Notes under the pieces: generated by a model | Database searches by the model: none | Seen by the model: the letters and a program-made list of their open reading frames with translations, nothing else | What the model was told of the DNA's origin: nothing | Virus record (IMG/VR): IMGVR_UViG_3300006169_000164 | Location: 1 to 39,512 of that record | Strand: one strand, 5' to 3' | DNA length: 39,512 nucleotides | Origin: a virus | Taxonomy: Duplodnaviria; Caudoviricetes | Shown: one piece after another, positions 18,398 to 26,551 of the stretch | How the letters are laid out: the number at the start of each line of letters is the position of its first letter | How positions within the stretch are numbered: position 1 is the stretch's first letter | Position numbers and translations under genes: made by a program

Positions 18398-18772
18398 ATG
18401 CAAGGCATGAGCGCCACCGCCGGCACGGCCCTGTCGGGCAATGCGCACCTCGCGCAGTCGGTAGCCGACATCCTCACCACGCCGCTCGGTCGCCGGCTCA
18501 TGCGCCGCGACTACGGTTCGCTGCTGTTCGACCTGCTCGACCAACCCATCAACGGTGCGCTCAAGATGCTGCTGCGGGCGGCGACGGCGGTCGCGATCAA
18601 GCGGTGGGAGCCGCGTCTCGCGCTGACCCGCGTCACGATCGACGGCGAGCCCGAGCGGGGCCGCCTGGCGCTGACGATCGAGGGTCAGCGCACCGACTTG
18701 CCGCAGGCGAACGCCAGCGTCGTCCTGTCCATCCCGATCCGCACCGGCGGCGCTTCGCCGCAAGCCGCTTAA
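18398..18772 (+). CDS. W: Baseplate wedge protein W (gp25 family)
   Basis: HLAQSVADILTTPLG.RLMRRDYGS, RWEPRL. Confidence 0.93.
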   Translation: MQGMSATAGTALSGNAHLAQSVADILTTPLGRRLMRRDYGSLLFDLLDQPINGALKMLLRAATAVAIKRWEPRLALTRVTIDGEPERGRLALTIEGQRTDLPQANASVVLSIPIRTGGASPQAA

Positions 18773-18785
18773 CCAGGAGCCTCTC

Positions 18786-19955
18786 ATGCACGGCCTGACC
18801 ATCACCGAATCCGCGAGCGGCGCGCGCTCGATCGTCCCCGCCAGCCTGGCCGTGATCGGCCTGATCGCGACCGCGACCGCGGAGGCTGGCGCGGCGACCG
18901 AGGCGCTCGACGCCGCCTTCCCGATCGACACCCCCGTGCTGATCGCCGGCAACGTCGACGCCGCGGCGGTCACCGCCGGCACCGGCGGCACCCTGCGTCC
19001 CGCGCTCGAGGCGATCGGAGACCAGGCGAGCCCGATCGTGGTGGTGGTGCGCGTCGCCGTCGCCACCGGCGATGCCGAGGACCCGACCCAGGACGATCTG
19101 GTCATCGGCGCGACCGACGGCAACGTCTACACCGGCCTGCAGGCGTTGCTCGCGGCAGAGGCGCGGGTCGGCGTGCGCCCGCGCATCATCGGCTGTCCCG
19201 GCCTCGACACCGCGCCGGTCGTCGCCGAGGCGGTGGTCGCGGCGCAGAAGCTGCGCGGCATGGTCTACGCCGCGGCGACAGGCGACGACGTGGCCGCCGC
19301 GATCACCTATCGCGAGACTTACGGCGCGCGCGAGCTGATGTTGATCTGGCCGGGCACCGACGAGGACTTCACCGGCGACCTGATCGCCCGCGCGCTCGGC
19401 CTGCGCGCTCGCATCGACGAGCAGCAGGGCTGGCACAAGACGATCAGCAACGTGGCGCTCGGGGGTGTCACCGCGCTGGCCAAGGACGTTCACTTCGACT
19501 TGCTCGACCCGTCGACCGAAGCCGGGGTGCTCAACGACGGCCAGGTCACCACCGTGATCCGCCAGAACGGATTCCGCTTGTGGGGCAATCGCACCTGTGC
19601 CGACCCGGAAGCCGCGCCGCAGTGGTCGTTCGAGAGCGCCGTGCGCACCAGCCACGCGCTGCAGGACGAGATCGCCAGCGTGGTCGCCCCGTTCCTCGAC
19701 CAGCCCATGACCATCGGCCTGATCAAGGACCTGCTGGAAACCGGCAATGCCCGGTTCCGCCAGCTCGCCGCGGAAGGGCGGATCGTCGGGGCGGAGATGT
19801 TCTTCGACCAGGACGAGAACACACCGCAGGAACTGGCGGCCGGCCGCCCGCACTTCCGCATCCAGTTCACCCCCGCCGCGCCGCTGGAAAACCCGCAGGT
19901 CGCCCTGGTCATCACCGATTTCTACTACACCGGCTTCGCGGATTTGCTGGTGTGA
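18786..19955 (+). CDS. FI: Tail sheath protein FI
   Basis: MHGLTITE, YTGLQALL, RARIDEQQGWHKTISNV, GFRLWGNRT, FESAVRT. Confidence 0.95.
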   Translation: MHGLTITESASGARSIVPASLAVIGLIATATAEAGAATEALDAAFPIDTPVLIAGNVDAAAVTAGTGGTLRPALEAIGDQASPIVVVVRVAVATGDAEDPTQDDLVIGATDGNVYTGLQALLAAEARVGVRPRIIGCPGLDTAPVVAEAVVAAQKLRGMVYAAATGDDVAAAITYRETYGARELMLIWPGTDEDFTGDLIARALGLRARIDEQQGWHKTISNVALGGVTALAKDVHFDLLDPSTEAGVLNDGQVTTVIRQNGFRLWGNRTCADPEAAPQWSFESAVRTSHALQDEIASVVAPFLDQPMTIGLIKDLLETGNARFRQLAAEGRIVGAEMFFDQDENTPQELAAGRPHFRIQFTPAAPLENPQVALVITDFYYTGFADLLV

Positions 19956-19960
19956 TTTAC

Positions 19961-20060
19961 GCGCTACCGCTTCGCTACTTGAGCGCGAAAATGACGCGCA
20001 AGTAACGGCAGCGGCGGCGAAGGAACAACCGCCCTCAAGTAGCCCAAAGGGCGATAGGGC
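19961..20060. repeat. Family A palindromic repeat, inverted pair (FI-FII spacer)
   Basis: GCGCT-ACC-GC-TTC-GC-TACTTG-AGCGC (19961-19986) and GCCCT-CAAGTA-GCCC-AAA-GGGC-GAT-AGGGC (20031-20060). Confidence 0.85.
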
Positions 20061-20077
20061 CGACAAGGAGTCTCGAT

Positions 20078-20587
20078 ATGGGTCTGCCGCGCAAGCTGAA
20101 GAACCTCAACGCCTTCGTCGATGGCGCCAGCTATCTTGGCGTCATCGCCGAATTCGAGGAGCCCAAGCTGGCCATCGCGACCGAGGACTGGCGCGGTGGC
20201 GGCATGCCCGGGTCGATCAAGATCGACATGGGCCTCGAGCCGATGGAGGCGAAGCTCAAGATGGGCGGCCACGAGGTCGAGCTGATCCGCCGCTTCGGCA
20301 CCACGCGGGTCGACGGGGTGCGCCTGCGACTGGTCGGCGCCTACCAGCGCGACGACGGCGGCGCCGCCCAGTCGGTGGAAGTCTACATCGGCGGCCGCTT
20401 CACCGAAATCGGGCTCGGCACCAGCAAGGCGGGCGACGACACCGAGCACGAATACACGGTGGCGCTGTCGTACTACCGCCGCGAGGTCGACGGCCGCACC
20501 GAGGTGGAGATCGACATGGTCGCCGGTACCTTCGTGGTCGACGGGGTCGATCGCTACGCCGAGATCATGGCGATCATCTCCGCCTGA
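20078..20587 (+). CDS. FII: Tail tube protein FII
   Basis: MGLPRKLKNLN, WRGGGMPG, GAYQRDD, VDGVDR. Confidence 0.95.
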   Translation: MGLPRKLKNLNAFVDGASYLGVIAEFEEPKLAIATEDWRGGGMPGSIKIDMGLEPMEAKLKMGGHEVELIRRFGTTRVDGVRLRLVGAYQRDDGGAAQSVEVYIGGRFTEIGLGTSKAGDDTEHEYTVALSYYRREVDGRTEVEIDMVAGTFVVDGVDRYAEIMAIISA

Positions 20588-20594
20588 CGGCGGC

Positions 20595-20661
20595 GCGCTA
20601 TCGCCTCCGGCTACTCGAGCGCGGCGGGAACACCTGCCCTCAAGTGGCGGAGCGGTAGGAC
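20595..20661. repeat. Family A palindromic repeat, inverted pair (FII-E spacer)
   Basis: GCGCT-ATC-GCC-TCC-GGC-TACTCG-AGCGC (20595-20622) and GCCCT-CAAGTG-GC-GGA-GC-GGT-AGGAC (20636-20661). Confidence 0.85.
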
Positions 20662-20781
20662 AAGAATTGCTATCACCGCCCGGTCCTTTGCGGGGCGCCG
20701 GGCGGAAGGATGGCGGGCCGGGGGTTGCGCTCTCTTCACCCGGCCCGTTTCCCCGCCCCGCAGTGCACAGGAGCCCCGCAC

Positions 20782-21147
20782 ATGGCCGACGCCGAAAGCG
20801 ATAGCGTGACGACAAGCGCCCTTCCCGCCAATCCCGAGTTCGCCAGCATCGCGCTGGCCACGCCGATCGCGCGCGGCGAGACCTCGATCGACACCCTCCA
20901 GCTCCGCAAGCCCAAGGCCGGCGAGCTGCGCGGGTTGTCGCTCCAGGACGTGATCACCAGCGACATCACCGCGCTGCTGACTCTGATCCCGCGCATCAGC
21001 AATCCGCCCCTGACCGGCCCCGAGGCCGACGCCCTCGACCCCGCCGACCTCGCCGAGATCGGAGGTGTGGTGCGCGGTTTTTTTATGACTTCGGCGGAGC
21101 GTCAGGTGCTCGACGCGATGATCGCGGAACAACGGCCGAGGAGCTGA
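20782..21147 (+). CDS. E: Tail assembly chaperone gpE
   Basis: AGGAG RBS; LRKPKAGELRGLSL, LIPRISNPPLT, LDPADL. Confidence 0.9.
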   Translation: MADAESDSVTTSALPANPEFASIALATPIARGETSIDTLQLRKPKAGELRGLSLQDVITSDITALLTLIPRISNPPLTGPEADALDPADLAEIGGVVRGFFMTSAERQVLDAMIAEQRPRS

Positions 21148-21275
21148 TGGCAGAGATCGCCGGCGTCTTCCACTGGCCGCTCTCCGAGCTGCAAGCGCTG
21201 TCGATCCCCGATCTGCTCGACTGGCGCGAGCGCGCGGTCACGTGGTGGAATCGCGTTCACGGTGACGGGAAATGA
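21078..21275 (+). CDS. gpE' extension produced by -1 frameshift (E+E')
   Basis: T7 run at 21078-21084 (GGT TTT TTT ATG); the -1 frame is open to TGA 21275 and encodes MAEIAGVFHWPLSEL...DWRERA. Confidence 0.85.
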   Translation, partial: FFYDFGGASGARRDDRGTTAEELMAEIAGVFHWPLSELQALSIPDLLDWRERAVTWWNRVHGDGK

Positions 21276-21421
21276 CCCGCGCGGTGCTCTCGATCAGCGA
21301 GAATGGGACCAGGATCGGCACCGCGGACGGCGGTGTCGCAAGCGCGAACGCGCGCCGGCCGGTCAGGCCGAAGCCAAGCGGCCCGGATGGGCCGCGCCCG
21401 GCGTTTGAGGGCGCAAGATAA
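21272..21421 (+). CDS. 49-aa mini-ORF bridging E' and T, containing family B repeat
   Basis: ATGA overlap with the E' stop and TAATG overlap with the T start; ...ASANARRPVRPKPSGPDGPRPAFEGAR. Confidence 0.5.
   Translation: MTRAVLSISENGTRIGTADGGVASANARRPVRPKPSGPDGPRPAFEGAR
21337..21414 (+). repeat. Family B 78-bp structured repeat, copy 1
   Basis: Near-identical to 24244-24321; ends 6 nt before the T start codon. Confidence 0.9.
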
Positions 21422-23607
21422 TGTCCTCCAACAAGCTCTCGCTGCTGGTCAACTTCGTCGCGGTCGACAAGCTGTCGGGCTCGCTGAAGAACATCGTCGC
21501 GCTCGGCAAGAAGGGCTCGCAATCGCTCGGCGCCCTGCGCGGCGAGGGCCGCAAGCTGGAAAGCCAGCTTCGCGCCGTGCGCAAGGAGCTGGCCAACTCC
21601 AGCGGCAACGTGACCGCGCTGATCGACCGCGAGCGCCAGCTCGAGCGCGCGATCGAAGACACCAACCAGCAGCTCGAGCGGCGCAAGCGGCTGAACGCGA
21701 TCGAGGCCGACCGGGCGCGGATGGCGGCGCGCGGCGAGGATCTGAAGCAGCGCGGACGCGAGCACGTTGCCGAAGGCGCGGCGCTGGCCGCGCCGCTGAT
21801 CCTCGCGACCGCGGCGGCGGCGCAGTTTTCCAGCGGCATGGTCGACATCCAGCAGAAAGCGGGTTTGACCAACGAGCAGGCCGACCGGCTTGGCCGGCGG
21901 ATCGTGACCATGGCGCGCGACGCCCGGCAGATGCCCGAGGACATCCGTGCCGGACTCGACCTGTTGCTCGCCAAAGGTCTGGGCCTCGACGCCGCTACCG
22001 CCGCGATCGGCCCCGCCGGTCGCCTCGCCACGGCCTACAAGGTGGAGATTCCCGACGCCGCCGACGCCGCGTTCGCCAGCCTCAACAACCTGAAGGTCGC
22101 CGCGGCGGACACCGCGCGAATTTTCGACGTGATGGCCGCCGCGGGCAACGAAGGCGGCTTCGAAGTGCGCGACATGGCGCGGCACTTCCCCGCTTTGACC
22201 GCGCAGATGCAGGCTCTCGGCAGCAAGGGCATCCCCGCCGTCGCCGACCTCTCGGCCGCGCTGCAAGTGGCGATGAACACCGCCGGCAGCGCCGACGAGG
22301 CCGGCAACAACATCGTCAACCTGCTCGCCAAGATCAACGCGCCGGGCACGATCCGCGCGTTCAAGAAGAACTTCGGCATCGACCTGCCGGCGGCGATGAA
22401 ACGGCTGACCGACCAGGGCTACAGCGCGATGGAAGCCATCGCCATGATCACCGGGAAGGCGACCGGCGGGGACATGAAGCGGCTCGGCTTCGCGTTCGAG
22501 GATCGCCAGGCGCAGATGGGCTTGCTGGCGATCATCCAGAACCTCGAGGAATATCGCCGCATCCGCGCGGCGGCGCTGACCAGCGGCGGCACGGTGGACC
22601 GCGCCTTCGACCAGCGCGTGGCGCGCGACGCGATGGTGCAGTGGAACGCCTTCAAGTCGAGCGTCTCGCAGCTCGCGATCACGCTCGGCGCGACGCTGCT
22701 GCCGGTCGCCGACCAAGTGCTCGGCATGGTCTCGGCGGTCGCCGGAAAGGTGGCCGCATGGGCGCAACGCAACCCCGAGCTGGCGGCGACGATCACGAAA
22801 GTCGTCGCCGGCCTAATCGCGTTCAAGATCGGCCTCGGCGCGGTGATGCTCGTCGCCGGCAGCATCCTCGGCCCGCTCTCGACCGGGATCGCCCTGTTCA
22901 TGAAATGGCGCGCGCTCGGCTCGCTGGCGGCGGTGTTCCCCAAGGTCGCCACCGGCATGCGGATGCTCGGCCTGGCGCTGCGTTTCATGATGGGGCCCAT
23001 TGGTTGGATCATCACCGGGGTCGGCCTGCTCGCCTATGCGGTCTATTCCAACTGGGACACCATCAAGGCCGCGTTCAATGGCGGGGTGGCCTGGGTCAAG
23101 AGGCTGCTAACCGGCCTGCCCGACTGGCTCAAGCGCGTCGGGCGGCTGATGATGCAGGGCCTGCTGCTGGCGATCAATCCGTTCGCGCTCGGCGCCAAGC
23201 TGATCAACATGGCGAAGAACGGCATCACCGCCTTCAAGAACTATCTGGGAATCAAGAGTCCGAGCCGGCTGTTCATGTCGCTCGGGCGGCACATGACCGA
23301 GGGCCTGACCCAGGGTATCGACCGCGGCGGCCGACGCGCCGTCGGCGCCATGGGCCGCGTCGCCGCCGGCGCCGCGGCGGCCGGCTCCTTCGCCCTGACG
23401 CCTCTTGCGGCTGCGAACGCTGGAGGGCCGCCTGGCGACGGACGGCCGCAGGCCGGCGGCGCGAGCCCGTGGGCGGGGCTGTCGCTGACCATCCACATCA
23501 ACCAGCAGCCCGGCGAAAGTGCCGACGCCCTGGCCGACCGCGTGGTACGCATCATCGAGCGGAAAGCCGGTGTGGCCGGGCGGCGGACGTACGAGGATGA
23601 CGCCTGA
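21421..23607 (+). CDS. T: Tape measure protein T
   Basis: 728-aa Ala-rich helical protein after E/E'; GGFEVRDMA core, hydrophobic segments, LGIKSPSRLF motif. Confidence 0.93.
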   Translation: MSSNKLSLLVNFVAVDKLSGSLKNIVALGKKGSQSLGALRGEGRKLESQLRAVRKELANSSGNVTALIDRERQLERAIEDTNQQLERRKRLNAIEADRARMAARGEDLKQRGREHVAEGAALAAPLILATAAAAQFSSGMVDIQQKAGLTNEQADRLGRRIVTMARDARQMPEDIRAGLDLLLAKGLGLDAATAAIGPAGRLATAYKVEIPDAADAAFASLNNLKVAAADTARIFDVMAAAGNEGGFEVRDMARHFPALTAQMQALGSKGIPAVADLSAALQVAMNTAGSADEAGNNIVNLLAKINAPGTIRAFKKNFGIDLPAAMKRLTDQGYSAMEAIAMITGKATGGDMKRLGFAFEDRQAQMGLLAIIQNLEEYRRIRAAALTSGGTVDRAFDQRVARDAMVQWNAFKSSVSQLAITLGATLLPVADQVLGMVSAVAGKVAAWAQRNPELAATITKVVAGLIAFKIGLGAVMLVAGSILGPLSTGIALFMKWRALGSLAAVFPKVATGMRMLGLALRFMMGPIGWIITGVGLLAYAVYSNWDTIKAAFNGGVAWVKRLLTGLPDWLKRVGRLMMQGLLLAINPFALGAKLINMAKNGITAFKNYLGIKSPSRLFMSLGRHMTEGLTQGIDRGGRRAVGAMGRVAAGAAAAGSFALTPLAAANAGGPPGDGRPQAGGASPWAGLSLTIHINQQPGESADALADRVVRIIERKAGVAGRRTYEDDA

Positions 23608-24203
23608 TGCTCCCGCCGTTCCGCGTCCCGCGACCGCCGCAACTGCCCGACATCCCTGGCCTTCCCGGCGTGACCGGGCTTCGCGATGCGGGCGGGCGGG
23701 CGGCATCGGTGGTGTTGCGCGCGCCGTCCGCGCCGCCGCGGCTGTCCGATCTGACGCTGCCGGGCGTGGCCGGGCTGCGCGATGCCGGCCCGGGCGGAAC
23801 GATCGCGCAAGCCGATTCCTCGCGCCGTCAGCTCATGACCCTCGGTCTGTTCGTGTTCGGCATGGACACCCTGCCCTACCAGGCATTGCGCCACGCGGTG
23901 GAATGGCGCCACGGCGCGACCGAGCGGCACCAGGCGCGGCCGGCGGCACAGTACCTCGGTCCCGGCGCCGAGACGATCACGCTTTCCGGCCTGCTCGTGC
24001 CCGAGATCGCGGGCAGCTTCGGTGCCTTCGACCGCCTGGTCGAGATGGGCGATAGCGGCGAGGATTATCCGCTTATGGACGGCACCGGCCGGGTGTTCGG
24101 CCACTTCCGAATCGTCAAGCTCGACCGCGACCATCACAATCCGATGGCGGGCGGTGTACCGCGGCAAGTCGGCTTCACGCTGGATCTGGAGCGCGCCGAG
24201 TGA
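23607..24203 (+). CDS. U: Tail protein U with N-terminal extension
   Basis: LMTLGLFVF, QYLGPGAETITLSG, LMDGTGRVFG; TGATG coupling to T. Confidence 0.88.
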   Translation: MLPPFRVPRPPQLPDIPGLPGVTGLRDAGGRAASVVLRAPSAPPRLSDLTLPGVAGLRDAGPGGTIAQADSSRRQLMTLGLFVFGMDTLPYQALRHAVEWRHGATERHQARPAAQYLGPGAETITLSGLLVPEIAGSFGAFDRLVEMGDSGEDYPLMDGTGRVFGHFRIVKLDRDHHNPMAGGVPRQVGFTLDLERAE

Positions 24204-24328
24204 CGAGCCACGGAGACAGGCGTTGGAACGGCCCTGCAGGGGCCGCAAGCGCGAACGCGCGTCGGCCGGTAGGCCGGAAGCCAAGCGGGCCGGACGGCCC
24301 GCGCCCGGCGTTTGAGGGCGCTAACTGA
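24200..24328 (+). CDS. 42-aa mini-ORF bridging U and D, containing family B repeat
   Basis: GTGA overlap with the U stop and TGATG overlap with the D start; ...ASANARRPVGRKPSGPDGPRPAFEGAN. Confidence 0.5.
   Translation: MTSHGDRRWNGPAGAASANARRPVGRKPSGPDGPRPAFEGAN
24244..24321 (+). repeat. Family B 78-bp structured repeat, copy 2
   Basis: Four substitutions and two compensating 1-nt indels relative to copy 1; ends 6 nt before the D start codon. Confidence 0.9.
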
Positions 24329-25323
24329 TGCCCGCGAATATCGCCGGAGTGCGGCTGTCGATCGAGGGCGGCGCCGACCTGGCCGACAAGGTCGATCCGC
24401 GCCTGGTCGAGCTGACGCTGTCCGAGAAGCGCGAGGCCGAGGCGGATGAGCTGTCGGTCACGTTGCAAAACCACGATGGCCGGCTCGCGATGCCCGAGCC
24501 CGGCGTCTCGCTGCTGCTGGCGCTCGGATGGACGAGCGGCGCGGACGTGCCTGTCGGCCTCGTCGACAAGGGCAGGTTCACGGTCGACGAGGTGGGCGCC
24601 TCCGGCCCTCCCGACGTGGTGACCATTCGCGCCCGCTCGGCCGATCTCACCGGGCTTTATCGCCAGCGCCGCACGAAGACGTGGCGCGATACGAACCTCG
24701 GTTCGGTCCTCGGCCAGATCGCCGCTCGCCACGGCCGAGGGGCGCGCATCGCCGGTGGGCTCGCCGACAGGCCGATCAAGGCGCTCGAGCAGGAAGGCAA
24801 GAGCGACATGGCCTTCGTGCGCGACCTCGGCCGGCGCTACGACGCCATCGCCACGTGGAAGGCGGGCATGCTGCTGTTCGCGCCGATCGGCCTCTCGGCG
24901 AGCTTGAGCGGGGCCGAAATGGACTCCTTCGCGCTGACCAGGCGCGACGGGTGGAGCTGGACCTTCACGCAGGCGGAGCGCGAGGCTTACGACGGCGCCG
25001 AGGCCCAGTGGCACGATCAGGGCGGCGCGCGGCGCCGGACGGTCGGCACCGGGGGCGAGAACCGCCGCAAGCTCAAGCGCGTCTATGCCAGCGAGGCCGA
25101 CGCGCGTCAGGCCGCCGAAGCCGCCGCCTCGCGCGACAAGCGGCGCCCCTATGGCTTCGAGTACGAGCTCGCGGTCGCAGATCCCGCGCTGCAGCCCGAC
25201 CAGCGCATCGCGCTGCAGGGATGGGGCGCCAAGATCGACGGCATCGAATGGCTGGTGGAAAGCGTCGAGACCACGCTCGGCGCGGGCGGATTGACGCAGC
25301 GGCTCGTGCTGGAGAGCGCTTAG
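24328..25323 (+). CDS. D: Baseplate hub / late control protein D
   Basis: EADELSVTL, LVDKGRFTVDEV, GPPDVVTIRARSAD, SDMAFVRDL. Confidence 0.92.
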   Translation: MPANIAGVRLSIEGGADLADKVDPRLVELTLSEKREAEADELSVTLQNHDGRLAMPEPGVSLLLALGWTSGADVPVGLVDKGRFTVDEVGASGPPDVVTIRARSADLTGLYRQRRTKTWRDTNLGSVLGQIAARHGRGARIAGGLADRPIKALEQEGKSDMAFVRDLGRRYDAIATWKAGMLLFAPIGLSASLSGAEMDSFALTRRDGWSWTFTQAEREAYDGAEAQWHDQGGARRRTVGTGGENRRKLKRVYASEADARQAAEAAASRDKRRPYGFEYELAVADPALQPDQRIALQGWGAKIDGIEWLVESVETTLGAGGLTQRLVLESA

Positions 25324-25736
25324 GGAACGTCCAACTTACGGTCTTCCGGCGTCGATATTGTGCTGGGCCCGGGGCCAGCGCGCATTCGTGCGACCGAACA
25401 TGTATCGGGATCGAAATCGCCCGACGCCGTGACCAGCGATCCGTCGGTCAGCCTTAGCCGCAAGATCGCTTCGCGCGGCCTGTTCGGGGCAGCGTCCGTC
25501 ACGTTAAAGTCGTAGAACGTCGCGACGGCGCGCTCGTCGAGCGGCAGCACTTCCCGGACGCGGTCCATCAGTTTCACAAGGAACTCGGCGTCGCGGTGCC
25601 GGCAGAGATCGCGCGGAACTTCAAGCCACATGTCGTCGAGACTTATCCCAAAGCCCGTCGGCTCCGGTGCAGGCTCGGCGGGGCCACCGCAGGATGTGAG
25701 AACCGCCACAGCTCCCAAGGCCGCCAGTCGCTTCAA
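25320..25736 (-). CDS. Lipoprotein coupled to the repressor (candidate superinfection exclusion)
   Basis: TTG overlaps the cI stop (TTGA); MKRLAALGAVAVLTS-C lipobox; 138 aa. Confidence 0.7.
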   Translation of the reverse strand: MKRLAALGAVAVLTSCGGPAEPAPEPTGFGISLDDMWLEVPRDLCRHRDAEFLVKLMDRVREVLPLDERAVATFYDFNVTDAAPNRPREAILRLRLTDGSLVTASGDFDPDTCSVARMRAGPGPSTISTPEDRKLDVP

Positions 25737-26458
25737 ACTCTTCGCCCTATCCAGATCACCCGGCCGATGACGTGCATCTCCTCGTCGGCGGCTTCGATCG
25801 GCGTCACCGCGGGATTGTCGCTGTTGATCTGCACTGTCCCGCCGGGCAGCACGCGCGCCCGTTTGATCATCCCGAGATCGCCGAAGGACAGGCACCACAG
25901 CCGGTCCTGCTGGCGGATTTGCTTCTGCGCGGTGTCGACGATGACCAGGTCGCCGTCGAGTAGCGTTGGAACCATCGAATCGCCCTCGCCGCGTGCGACG
26001 AACAGATCCGCGAAGGTCCCGCCGATCAGCGGGCGCAGCCACTCGCGCGGAAACGGCACCATCGCAGTGGCCTGGTATTCCTCGAACACCGACCCGCCGC
26101 CCATCGAATAGCCCACCTCGAGCTGCGGCAGCATGACCGTTGCGAGGTCGGCGCTATCCTTAGAACGATAGTCCGATCTCTGGTCGGTAACGACTTGCGC
26201 CAGGTCCTCGAGGTCGCGCCCGGTCCCTCGGAATTCGATCACCCCAGCGTCATCGGTTTTGCCGTAAAGGTAATCGACGGTCGTAAAGAGCGCTTCCGCG
26301 AGCTGGTAAAGGTGCCGCGGATCGCGCGTGTCGCCGTCCTCGATGCGGCTGATAGTCGACTGGCCGACGCCGATTTTTCGCCCCAAATCGGTCTGCGAAA
26401 GGCCGATCGCCTTGCGCAGCGCGATCATTCGCTCCGGCCTGAAACCTGTCCCGTCCAC
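25733..26458 (-). CDS. cI: CI-like repressor (XRE HTH plus S24 peptidase)
   Basis: GLSQTDLGRKIGVGQSTISRIE HTH; GEGDSM (Ser) and IKR (Lys) dyad; start uncertain (GTG 26476 or 26458, ATG 26428). Confidence 0.92.
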   Translation of the reverse strand: MDGTGFRPERMIALRKAIGLSQTDLGRKIGVGQSTISRIEDGDTRDPRHLYQLAEALFTTVDYLYGKTDDAGVIEFRGTGRDLEDLAQVVTDQRSDYRSKDSADLATVMLPQLEVGYSMGGGSVFEEYQATAMVPFPREWLRPLIGGTFADLFVARGEGDSMVPTLLDGDLVIVDTAQKQIRQQDRLWCLSFGDLGMIKRARVLPGGTVQINSDNPAVTPIEAADEEMHVIGRVIWIGRRV

Positions 26459-26469
26459 GACGCGACAAT

Positions 26470-26551
26470 TATCCACATTCGGATATTCGCGCCTCATGCG
26501 AAAAGGCATTGACTGGATATTCATTGCTGGATATTTATGCAGCCATGAATG
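26470..26551. promoter_or_regulatory. cI/cro switch with three operator-like boxes and a rightward promoter
   Basis: TATCC-N6-GGATA (26470), TATTC-N6-GGATA (26518), TATGC-N6-GAATG (26536); TTGACT(26509)-N17-TATTTA. Confidence 0.65.

Noticed and set aside
19995-20020. Extra degenerate family A unit (CAAGTA core)
   Set aside because: Outer and inner stems do not pair convincingly, so it was not counted
21280-21330. GAATGGGAC resembling the HDV ribozyme 3' end
   Set aside because: The surrounding sequence forms a simple stem-loop without the nested double pseudoknot
7796-24321. Repeats as a CRISPR array or DGR template/variable pair
   Set aside because: Dispersed rather than regularly spaced; no cas or reverse transcriptase gene; differences are not adenine-specific
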